Source: Okamejei kenojei (lineage: Eukaryota). From it: DNA of 64,000 nucleotides. The stretch is taken from the NCBI GenBank assembly GCA_035221665.1, contig CM069163.1:23002001-23066000 (forward strand), read 5' to 3'. The number at the start of each line of letters is the position of its first letter. Positions within the stretch are counted from its first letter, which is position 1. The translations under genes were made by a program, and so were the position numbers. Under the pieces are notes generated by a model that saw only the letters and a list, made by a program, of their open reading frames with translations, was not told where the DNA came from and searched no databases. Positions 52,696-64,000 of the stretch are shown one piece after another.

Positions 52696-52882
52696 TTATT
52701 CTTGTTTAAATGTTTGATCACAAATATAAATTATTCTTGTTTAAATGTTTGATCGCAAATATAAAACAAATATCCTTGGCCTTATTTGGAGTTTCTGGTT
52801 AAACTATTGCCCGGGCAGGTGAAATTATACGCAAGCGGGAGAGCGGGAGATTTTCCGAAAATGCCCTTTCAGCGGGCGATCT
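52696..52882. repeat. Right subterminal repeats of the Crypton-like element
   Basis: 35-bp tandem duplication at 52696-52730 and 52731-52765. 52729-52807 is an inverted copy of ~50968-51045. 52821-52882 is an exact 62-bp inverted copy of 51158-51219. Confidence 0.92.
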
Positions 52883-53200
52883 CCCGACGAAAGCGGCAGA
52901 GTTGGAGTCACTGCACTTGTCGAGACGAGAGGTGGCGCTGTAGCCGTGGCAGCGCGAGAGTTTCCCGTTACATGCACGCGGAGCTGTGACATGATTTCCC
53001 GACATAGTAAATGCTATTTACAAAATGTCGTCATAAAAGTGATGTCATTTTGTAAATAGTACATCGTTGGAGTGTCAGCGTGCCAACATTCTAAAATAGT
53101 TGAAATTATATCAAATCACGTGACGCTCTCTCGACCAATCGCTGGAGGATAAATGTTTGATCCCGAATATAATAACTTATATTCAAGTACTATAATTATT

Positions 53201-53331
53201 GTCTGAAGAAGGGTTTCGGCCCGAAACGTCGCCTATCTCCTTCGCTCCAGAGATGCTGCTGCACCCGCTGAGTTTCTCCAGCATTTTGTGTACCCTCGAT
53301 TTTCCCGCATCTACAGTTCCTTCTTTAAAAC
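53201..53331 (+). mobile_element. Penelope-derived short retroposon with hammerhead-like core and TSD
   Basis: Starts gtCTGAAGAagggtttcggcccGAAAcgtc; 12-bp TSD actataattatt at 53189-53200 and 53332-53343. Confidence 0.8.
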
Positions 53332-53899
53332 ACTATAATTATTAAACTATGTAAACAGCAATGTGATGACAACCAATTCCCCCTCCCAGTAATAATAGTG
53401 AGTGAAGGATACATATGATATGGTCAGGAGTTTGGCTCATGTTCTCTATTTTTCTTTAAGATTACATGATTTTTTCAATGCCCATCTCTGGAAGAGGCAC
53501 TGGTCATCTGTGTAAATGTGTAGGAAGGAACTGCAAATACTGGTTTACACCAAAGATTTACACCCAACATAGACACAAAATGCTGGAGTAACTCAGCGGG
53601 ACATGCAGCATGCCTGGATTCAGAACAAGGGCCTCGAAACGTCACCCATATCTTTTCTTCAGAGATACTGCCAGCCCCGCTGAGCATTTTATGTTTATCC
53701 TATTTTTTAAAAAAGGCTCTCCAGTCACAACAGTACTGGGAGTTGTGTTCAATTTTTGTCCACCACTTTTCTTTCCAAGATCTAGGTGTGAGCGACCTTG
53801 CTTTCAAAGGAAGAGTTTCTTACGTTTACTTGTTCATACTCTTGTGAATAACAGCAGGGATATTTAAATGTACTTACAACATGAAGTCAGAGTAACACG

Positions 53900-55010
53900 T
53901 CAAGGAAACATGCCCTAAGGCGCAACTCATCCACATCAACTGATTTGCTCATTTAATCTAGTTTCATTTGCCTGCTTTGGACCCACATCTCTCTGAACCT
54001 TCCCCACCTATGTACTTGTCCAAATGTATTAAAAATGTTGTTATTGTACCAGCTTCAACCATTTTCTGTGGGAGCTTGTTTGAGCCCTCATGTTGCCCCT
54101 CAGGTCTTTTTTAATCTTTTCCTTCTCACCATTAACCTTTGTCCACTAGTTTTTGAATCTACTTCCGTGGGAAAAAGACATGCATTCCCCTAATCTGCGT
54201 CCCTCATGTTTTTAATGCATGTCCGAGGTTACCCCTTACTCTCCTACACTCTGCAAGGAATACAGTCCTAGCCTGACACTCTCCCTATCACTCAGGCCCT
54301 CAAGTCCCAGTACTATTCTTTCCAAAGATCGCAAAGAATAACTTAGCAATTATGTCTTTCCCCTAGCAAGGTAACCAAACTGTACACAGTACTCCCAAGT
54401 GTGGTCTCAACGACATCATTACAGACACAGTATAACATCCCAACTGCTATACTGAATGTCTTTACTGATGAAGACCAGTGTGTAGTCAAATTCTATTTTA
54501 ACCACCTTGTCCACCTGTGTCATCACTTTGAAGAAACTGTACTTGTGCTCCTAGATCCTTCTTGTTCTACAACATTCCCCAGGGCCTTACCATTCACTGT
54601 GAAAGTCCTACCCTGCTTTGACTTCCCAAAATGCAATATTTCACACGTCAGAATTGAACACCATTTGCCATTCCTTGGCCCCCTTACCTTGCTGACCAAG
54701 ATTTTACTGTAATTTTTGACATCTTCACTATCTACGATATCTCCAATTTGTGTCATCTGCAGACCTAACCATGCCTTGTATTTTCGCATCCAAATCATTT
54801 AAATAAATGAAGACCAGCCGTGGGCCCAGCATCAATCCCTGTAGCATGGCACTAATCGCAAGTCCCCATTAAGAAACCTTCCGCCATAATCCTCTGCTTC
54901 CTATCATTAAGCCAAGGTACCCCTCCCTAGATCCTAAGCGACGTATCTTTCCAGATATGCCTACCATGTGGGACTTTGTCAAAGGCCTTGCTGAAATCCC
55001 ACTGGACAAC
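53900..55010 (-). mobile_element. Degenerate CR1 LINE fragment
   Basis: CEILHFGKSKQGRTFTVNGKALGNVVEQ; KAFDKVPH-like sequence near 54965-54990 on the minus strand. Confidence 0.75.
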
Positions 55011-57205
55011 ATCCGCATCTGGGCTAACACTGCAATTTATGTTGATCATATAATAGGGTTCGGATCACCCAGTCTCTAATGATAATAAAATTAATTTTAA
55101 TATCATGCCAAATGTATTAAAGTTATGGGTTAAGGGTTTTCAAGAGGGACAAGATTTGATACTCACCAAAACCAGGTCTATAATCCCAAGGCCTAATAAC
55201 AAGGTAAGCAGGAGCTGACTTAGTCACCCAGTTAGACAGATGGATGCAAAATCATTCCAGCAGCTTTACATTAGCAAACACAAGAAATTGCAGATGCTAA
55301 TTTACAAAACAAGACAAAATGTTGGAGTAACTCAGGTCAAGCAGCATCTCTGGTGAACATGGAGACGGAAGAAGGGTCCCAATTTGAAACATCGCCTATC
55401 TATGTTCTCCAGAGATAGTCTCTCACCCACAGAGTTATTCCAGCACTTTCAGTCTTTTAAAAAATATATTAAGCTGTTTGCTTCCCAAACCAAATCTCAC
55501 TCATTCTATGCTACCACAGTGGTACATAGCAACACTAGAATGCAATAATTTATTTAGATCTTCCCCGACTTCAAACATGAAGAGCAATGTTTTGGAAACT
55601 TCACATTTCATTCTATTCTAGTGTAGTCATATTTTTCTATTCTTTAACACCCAGCAAATCAATATTCTAACCAGAGCTATTAAGAGCACAGTCGCAAGGA
55701 CTCCAGCAGGTCACAGGCACCAAAAAACTCCAACCCAAAGGAACTAACAACTAAAAGCAGTGAATGTAGCCTGCTGATGATGCTCTCGCTTTGGGGAATA
55801 AACAGCACGTGGACAAATGAGAAATCACCAGCATGATAGAATTTAATCCAGTATTTATTCTCTGCAGACCAGCACTGTCCTTTGATATTGAAACAAATCA
55901 GGCAGCACCATATTAATTAGTTCTTAATCCAATTAAGTAGTAAAATAAGCAATTATAGACCAATTAAAAAGATCTTCCATCATTCAAAACGGTAGAGAAA
56001 CCTTGACTTTTGGGCAATTTTAAAAGTGCATTTCTACTCCCTTGTGTTAATAATGACAATGCAATATCTTACTCATTTTAAACAAGAGGAATTCTATAAC
56101 CTATGAAAAAATGTTTTTCTAGCTTGTATACTTTACTTCACTGTTCATAATATTTGATAGGCCAAAGATTAGTACATCAGAGAGACCAAGGATGAAAGAC
56201 AACAATCAATTCTATTTCCATTTACACCTGAAGCTGTACAAAGGGTTTGCACTGCATCCACATTCCAGTTGAAAATACTGAAAAGGTAATAACAATCGTC
56301 AGAAGATAAATAAATTTAATCAAAAAGAATTGCAATTGTGGAGGGTAGCCCTTTATTGAATCATTGCGCAATATTCATTGTCAACTCAACTGTGAACCCC
56401 CCAAAAAATACTGTATCTGAGCAGTCAAACCAAACCTTTGCCCCCACCTCCAGGTGATGCACGAATCTGGCACAATACGAAGAACAAAACCATCATACTT
56501 CAAATGGTGGGTAAAGGGCTTTAGTTTCGATTCACAACAAGCAGTCCTGCCACCAGCCTCTGGCTTGATTCCAAATGTGGCGAGCAAATTCAAAACTCTA
56601 AATCATTGCAGTACAGTAAACAGCAACTGCAGTGCCGAGGGAAAGTGGTGGCGGTGGGAGAGGAGTTGGGGAGGGGGGGGGTTTAAATCACAGCAGTGTT
56701 TCATTATTTAGAGTACACAGTCCGACAGATCACTCCTGCGGGAAGTTGGTCCAGCCTTTCTTTTGAACACCGCAAGATAGTTAGTCTGCTTGTACGATGA
56801 ACGTTTTCAGGGTCACGCTTCCATCCCAACTGAAGAGGAGCAGTCCGATTGGGTCAGCAGCAAGCATTAGAAGGGGAGGGAGTATAAAAGGTTCCAATCA
56901 GATGTTCCGTCATAACTGGGTGGCCATCGTACACAGACATCATATGTACAACATAATGTAGTGCAAAACATTAAAGACAACATATTTGTTCACAGTTAAA
57001 CAGGAATTTGATGTCTTTTTTCCCCTCTTAAATATATAAACATTCCATTGAAGGAAACACGACTCCTTTACTGGATTGTACCTTGTTTTAAACTTATGAC
57101 ATGCTTACAAAGCAAAGCAGGCATTAACTGCTCAGAATAATACTGACTAAGTTTTTTCCATTCCACCTACCTTTTCCACCCACCCACCCCATCTCCCCCA
57201 AAAAA

Positions 57206-60200
57206 TTAATTCGGGTCATGATGTGTTCCGTCATAGTCCATTATGCTGAGCTGTCTGACACTTTCGGGGCTGGGTTTTTGCACTGGCACCTGCAGTTTCA
57301 AGGGGCCCAAAGAGGTGCCCAGCTCCATGTTGCATTCAGTTTTGAGGGAGTCCAAAAGGCTGTCCATCTTGGGCCGCTCATTGTCACACTGGCTTTCGCT
57401 CTTGTTCCTGAATAGCTCACGGGCACGCATCCCAAGGAAACTCTTGGAATTGGGATAGGAGCCGACAGTGACTGGTGTTGTGGGCTGCTCCAGAAAGATC
57501 ATACTTGGGGCACCCTGGCTCTGGTCCATCAGCTCAGACACCATTAGTGGTGGCTGCGCTTTCCTGTTGGGAGATCGATCAATGCTGGGGGCCATTGGGG
57601 GCTTGGTTTGCTTGTTTTTGTTCTCTGCATCCGAGGTCTCATCGAATGATTCCGAAATAACAAGGTTTTCAGCCCTATTCGTACAAGAAAAAGAGCATAA
57701 GACAAAGACATCACATTTCTGCAACTAAGAGAAGACATCCGAGCTATGCATCCGACGGCTCAGTTTAGTTTAGAGATACAGCGCGGAAACAGGCCCTTCG
57801 GCTCACCGGGTCTGCGCCGACCAGCGATCCCCGCATATTAACACAATCCTACACACACTAGGGACAATTTTTACATTTATCAAGCCAATTTACCGACATA
57901 CCTGTACGTCTTTGGAGGGTGGGAGGAAACGGGAGATTACAGCTGCAAGCACTGTCAAGCAGCAACTCTCCTGCTGCGCCACCGTGCCGCACAACTCATT
58001 ACAAACGGTTCAGCAGAAACATGCTTGATTTTCTACATTTGATTTATTACCCATCAATGGACAAAAACTAATACGATCAGTCATTTGGTGGCGTGGTGAC
58101 TTTAAAGAAATGTCAAAATTAAACTTCAGAATAAAATTATATAAACAAAACAAAAACTGTGCCCATCACACATTCTCAGTGTCGATACATTCAATAGTGT
58201 CATATTCAGAGGTGTTTGTACCCATCTTTAAAACAAAACACCCTTGCCATTCTTGTAGCCCCCTGGGGTGATATCCCTTCCCCATCGGGTGTCGACACTG
58301 GACTCTGCCCTTCAATGTCTGGCTGGGGTGATGAGAGAGCAAACTTTAAAAAAAAGTTTTAACAGTTGTTGATTTTTAAACTCAATCCTAAATGATTAGT
58401 AAGGGCATCAAAGGTTACAGCGAGAACTTTTCATTTCACTGCACATCTCATATGTGTATGTGATGAATAAACTTGACTTGACTTGAGAAGGCAGGAGAAT
58501 GGGGTTGAGGGGGGAAAATAGATATGCTATGATTGAAAGGTGGAGCAGACTTGATGGGCCAAATTGCCTAATTCTGCTCGTGTTTTATGGCCTTGTATGC
58601 AATCTCTTATCCTGATAGAGTTAAGGATTGGGCCATAAGAAACATTTTATTGATTTTTGATTTCACTAGTTCTGGTTGAGTTACATAATTATATAGCACA
58701 GGAAGCAGCCATTTGGCCAAATGTTCTATTTTATTTTAAATGCCACACTGATCTTCTATAAATTAGTTTCAATAAGGCCATCAGCATTACTTCCTATTCT
58801 TCAGGGATTACCATAGGGCATCTAGTACCTTGTACAAGGGGCATTCACTAGTTCATTGTCACAATCACACTAAATAGTGTCCCCATTCAACCTTTACACA
58901 CACGATGGTGGCAGGAGTTACCAGATAATCAGGCAAAGTGGCAAAAATTCTTATTTGCTAACTTGGAGACACGACCAAATGCATCTATTATTCAAATCAT
59001 CTATTATTCAATGGAATTAGAAAGCTAGGTGTATGGTTGGGCATCAGAAAAATAAATTTAAAAGTATTGGCAATTTAAAAAATATCGTATTTCATTGCAA
59101 GTCCCTCAGTCTTGAAATGTAACGGATAAAGTTTGTACCTATAGCAAACCCAAAAAGGCCCATAACACAAACAATTTTTAAATTAAAAAACAGGACAGTC
59201 AATAGGCTACTGCGGCAAAAATAAGTCTCATGGTCAAACTATCTCCAAACAGGAATGCCATGTATCACATTTTTGTCTAATAATTGAGTAAGTTTGAATA
59301 TTGGAAGGGTTAACATTACAGCGCTAGAACAAAGGCGACAAATTAATAAAATAATGGGTTAATTTTGAGAGATCCTAGTTTAGGTTTAGAGGGATATGGG
59401 CCAAACACAAGCAGGAAATAACTAGTGAAGATGTGGCGTGTTGGTCGGCTTGGGCAAGTTGGTCTGTCGGGCCTGTTTCTACACTGTATGACTCTAGTTT
59501 TAATAGAAGTGTAAATGATAGCCTTTCTAATGTCTGGGTGGAGTTCACTAAGTTTCTTTAACACACAAGTTGGAGCTTTCATATTTTTGGACTAGGTATT
59601 AATATTTTAGTACATGTATATATTAATTTGGGCATATGTATTAACTATATATCACCTATGTGTATTAACATATGCCCACATTTGTTCTGTAAAAGGTAGG
59701 TCTCACTCAGTTTCATGATACTTCAGTAGACAACAGTTTTCACGGGGAAAAAAAACTGCTTAGACTCATGACAAAATGCCACGATGTATCAGCTTCCTGG
59801 TCAAATTGTCCACCTCAAGAGGCAAGGTTCAGCTGATTTCTCCCCCCCCCCCCACACCTATCCATGTTTTCCAGAGAATTATAAAATTATAAAAGGACTG
59901 GACAAGCTAGATGCAGGAAAAATGTTCCCAATGTTGGGCAAATCCAGAACCAGGGGCCACAGTCTTAGAATAAAGGGGAGGTCATTTAAGAGGTTTTCAC
60001 CCAGAGAATTGTGAATTTATGGAATTCCCTGCCACAGAGGGCAATGGAGGCCAACTCATTGGATGGATTTAAGAGAGAGTTAAATAGAGCTCTAGGGGCT
60101 AGTGGAGTCATGGGATATGAGGAGAAGGCAGGCACAGGTTATTGATAGGGGACGATCAGCCATGATCACAATGAATGGCTGTGCTGGCTCGAAGGGCCGA

Positions 60201-62206
60201 ATGGCCTCCTCCTGCACCTATTTTCTATGTTTCTATGTCCTAGAGATTACTTCAACAATTTGCACCTTTATTGTAGGCCCGCATCTGCAGTTTCTTGTTT
60301 CTCGCTATTCCAGCTTTTTCTCTACTACCCCGAAGGGTCCCAAACCAAAACGTTGCCTATCCATTCCCTTCAAAGTTGCTGACTGACCCAACATTTCTCA
60401 TTTTACTCAAGATTCCAGCATCTACAGTTTGTTGCGTCTTCAATCATATTTTACAAGAGTCGCATTAAGTTCATTTAATGAACTTACTTTTCCTGTGCAG
60501 ACTGATCGTTATTCTCTGCTGCAGACATTTTCTCTGGAGGTCCCGTTCGCTCCAACTTGCTGTAAAGTTCCAAGATTTCAGTCTGTAGAGTTTGTGTTAT
60601 CCGTTTCTGAGCTTCGTAACGGCTTTCTGCTGCCTGCAACTCTTCACTGAAAGAAATACAGATGAAATAGATCTTTGTAAAACGCTGTGAAGGTGCTCAG
60701 CCATCTCAAAACCTGCCCTCCTGCTACAAAATCTGAAGGACACATTTCAAACCCTTCAGAATGCCATTGGTGCGAAGTAGCAATTCAAATGAACAAATAC
60801 ACCACTGTGGCGAGGAACCGTACCGAGATCTTGGACATGCACTGCACCATCATACCTAGCCATATTTTTTACATTCTCCAGGTATTTTTTTTGCTCCATT
60901 AAAAGATGCTCTTTCTTATTCAGCTGGCTTTCGAGCTCCATGATGCGCCGTTGTGATGCCTCCATCCGCTGGACTTGCTGCTGGATGCGGTTCCTCATTT
61001 TCTCCTTCTCTCGAATTAAAGTGGCTTGAACCATCTCTGTCTCTGCTGCCTGAACAAAATGACAAAGGCGTGGTGGGGAGAGGGAGAAGGAATAAAAAGG
61101 AAAGGATCTTCCATGAATAGTAGCAAATTGTATTCCAGGTAACAGTCTTTATAACATCAAGTTATACTTTTCTTTAATCAGCTAGGGTGCTTAATATTTC
61201 ACCTGGCGAAGTATACTGAAAACACTCAGCACGTCAAACAGCATCTGCTGTGGGAGAGAATGAATTATTGCTTCATGTTTATGAGCTTGCTTCGGAATGG
61301 CATATGTATTTAGGATTACTGATGAAAGATCATGTGTTATTCTCTCTCTCCATGAACTGCAGTATTTTCTATTTTATCTCTGACTTCCCAGATCTGCAAT
61401 ACTTTCAAAATGGGCACTGGTCTTAATATTAAGGCACTACATAATTAGAAAGTAACAAAGAGAAATGTCCCAAAGCACAACATAAAAGCTCATCTAACAA
61501 AATGTGATAGTCGCCAGGAAATTGTGACAGATGAATAAAAGATTGATCAGAGCACTGGAGATTTACAATGTGGAAACATGCCCTTCGGCCCACTAAATAC
61601 ATGCTAAACATCAACTACACATTTACATGAATCCTATATTCATCCTTAAAAAAAAAAAAAAAAAAATTGAATGCCTTACTTGGAAGCTGTGTGGCCTAAG
61701 CCCAAGTACAAAGGGAATCAGGGATGAAAGGGTGGACTAGGTTGGTCAGGCAGACATCAGAAGGTTGAGGGGTAGAGATGGGTAAATGGATAGGGGAGAG
61801 TCACTGGATGGTATAAAACAAGAAAATGTTTGAAAAATATAAATGTACCAACACCACCATGCTTTGCACAGTTTGGTTTCCCCGATGTACAAGGCTAGAC
61901 AGACTAATTAACAAGGAACTTCAATTAAAAACGTTTTTTTTTAAAAAAACATACTACTGCGACAGATTTGGCCAATTTCTCCTGCGATTTCTCAGTTCAA
62001 AGAACTGTTGAACATGAGCATGTTTGTACAGCTTACGCAATACACACAATCAAATTCAAACAAAGGTCTGCCAAAAATCTTACCTTAGCCGAACCCATCT
62101 GAGAGTGTAGCAGTTTCTCCATGTGCAATTCATTCACTTCACTCAGAAGCAGGAGCTGTTTATTCAGCCACTCCATTTGTTGCTGCACAGACTGGGTACT
62201 AGTAAA
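57206..62206 (-). CDS. TSC1: Hamartin, last four coding exons (5'-partial)
   Basis: Minus-strand exons: 62206-62084 ([16 protein letters not shown]), 61049-60856 ([24 protein letters not shown]), 60646-60488 ([15 protein letters not shown]), 57674-57206 ([22 protein letters not shown]...IMDYDGTHH*). These match the human TSC1 C-terminus as recalled. Confidence 0.95.
57760..57990 (-). mobile_element. tRNA-derived SINE
   Basis: Reverse-complement copy of the same family. Confidence 0.75.
59878..60237 (+). mobile_element. CR1 3' end
   Basis: [33 protein letters not shown] followed by the tttctatg tail. Confidence 0.85.
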
Positions 62207-64000
62207 CTAGGAATAATACAACAAGGATGATCAGCATTTCAGTGGGAACAATGGCATGGAGGGGAGGGTTAGGGAAGAAATTGTGTTGTACAAAGGATGA
62301 CGGGGTGGGGGGGGTGGGGGGGGAGGGAGGGAAATCAACAGTTGGACTTTAGTTCTCCTGCTGCAAAAACACTGAGCACCACCACCTACAGCACTAAATG
62401 AGGCAGTGCCCAAAGACCCCTGGAGATACACAATTCTCCTCCGCAAAATGGGAATTTGAAAGGAGACAGGAAAGGGAGAGCCAGTGGATTTGGAGAATTG
62501 ACAAAACTGATACCTTGCCTTAAGTTAATGAAAGTATAAAACCAATTATAAGCGATCAGCTTAAACACAAAATACTTGATTTTGGTATATTACTGTCAAA
62601 CGCACTGCGATATAGTGAAAAGTGTTTTTGTGCTATCCAGTCAAATCATACTATACACGAGTACATTCTGCCCATAGACAAGTACAATAAGCAGTGCAAG
62701 GGGAAAAATACCAGTGTGCAGAACAAATGTTACAGCATTATTATATAAAGTTCAGGATATGAAATGAGGTGGGCTGGAAGATTGAGACTACACACTGGAT
62801 TATAGGAGGATGATCCAAGTGGTCTGATAGTAGTGGGGGACATGCTGTTACTGAATCTGGTGGTACGTGCTTTCATGCTTATATTTATGTACCGTGGTGT
62901 TTTTAAGTTACTGGCAGCCAGACCTCTGGACCATTCAATATTTAAAAGTAATAAATAAATCTGGAATTAAAGTTAGTCCTTGTCATGGTAACCACGTACA
63001 TACTTGTCATAAAAAATAAAAAAAATAAAAATCAGAGAAGATCTTCAGTTTCTATCCATGCTGACCCACCAATAAGGCAGGCTCCAAATGACAAGAGACA
63101 ATTAGGGATGGACAATAAATGCTAGCATTACTAATGACATTCATTCACAGGATGTGGGCAAGTAAAAGCAGCAATAGCCTGCATTTGAAATTTATTTTTC
63201 ATTCAAATTCACTACGGTTTCCTGTTTCACATATTTTCAGCATTCAAATTGCTCAACTCAGAAGCAAATCAGCAGAAATCAACTTGGGGAGTTGCAAGTT
63301 AGAGGTTATAAATTAGAGATTAGCACATAAATGATTATTATTATTGCACTACTATTTTTTTTGTGCATGTATGTGTGTATACTGGTGAATATGTGTATAT
63401 ATACACACACACTGAACTTTTTTCCTCTCGTTTAATATATTGTTTACAGTGTACTATGTTTACATATTTTGTTGTGCTGCAGCAAGTAAGAATTGCATTG
63501 TTCTATCTGGGACATATGACAATAAAACACTCTTGACTCTTGGTATTGCCTGCCTAGGCTATCTAGTTTTGAGTTCGGGTAATAGGATTGCTTACTAAAA
63601 CACCCACATCAATTCAGTAAGTATTTTGATTTCTATCCCAAATAATTTACAGCAAGTTTAGTACTTTTGAAGTCCATATTCCATCAGAAGCAATGGCATT
63701 CGATACGCACAAACAGTATGGTAAGGTTGTCTTATTGGCTTGGTAATAAATGCTGGCCTGGAGATCTGGCCCGTTTTCCTCTTGGAGGAAAGGGCTCGCT
63801 ACGTTTACTACCTATGAAAATGAGCACATCAGGTGGCACTCCCTCAACATTGCTCTGGAATGCTACACTGTTGTGCACTCAAGCTTCTTAAGGAGACTTA
63901 AACCAACACCTTTAACTCAAACGACAGCATTCCCACCAGGCCACAACCAAAAGCAGGGTCTAATTAGGTCTTCCTTCCTTATCTGCAAAAGATCCAAATG

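Larger units (their letters stand above)
50843..53182 (+). mobile_element. Full-length Crypton-like DNA transposon (tyrosine recombinase element), ~2.3 kb
   Basis: 10-bp direct repeat TAACTTATAT at 50843-50852 and 53173-53182 encloses the YR ORF plus subterminal hairpins and inverted repeats. No classical TIR or poly-A tail. Confidence 0.8.

Noticed and set aside
52696-52882. Repeats near the recombinase as a CRISPR-like or integron-cassette array
   Set aside because: Only two tandem units, with no unique spacers or cassettes; better explained as subterminal repeats

Overview
This is eukaryotic, repeat-rich vertebrate DNA. The SINE/LINE repertoire suggests a cartilaginous fish, probably a skate or ray (inference). 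Four intron-containing host genes can be rebuilt from GT-AG junctions and remembered human orthologue sequences: SPOUT1 (+, 5' exons not found), CEL (-, all 11 exons), GTF3C5 (-, all 11 exons) and the last four coding exons of TSC1 (-). The introns hold CR1, L1, Rex/Babar and Penelope remnants, tRNA-derived SINEs, a Harbinger-type MITE and many Penelope-derived short repeats with a hammerhead-ribozyme-like core. The main feature is a ~2.3 kb element (50843-53182) inserted 83 bp upstream of the GTF3C5 start codon. It encodes an intronless 428-aa Crypton/DUF3504-type tyrosine recombinase with all catalytic residues present (R-K-HxxR-H-Y). It is bounded by a 10-bp direct repeat and carries elaborate hairpins and inverted repeats, including a GCA triloop with tandem G.A mismatches that suggests a folded single-stranded DNA substrate.
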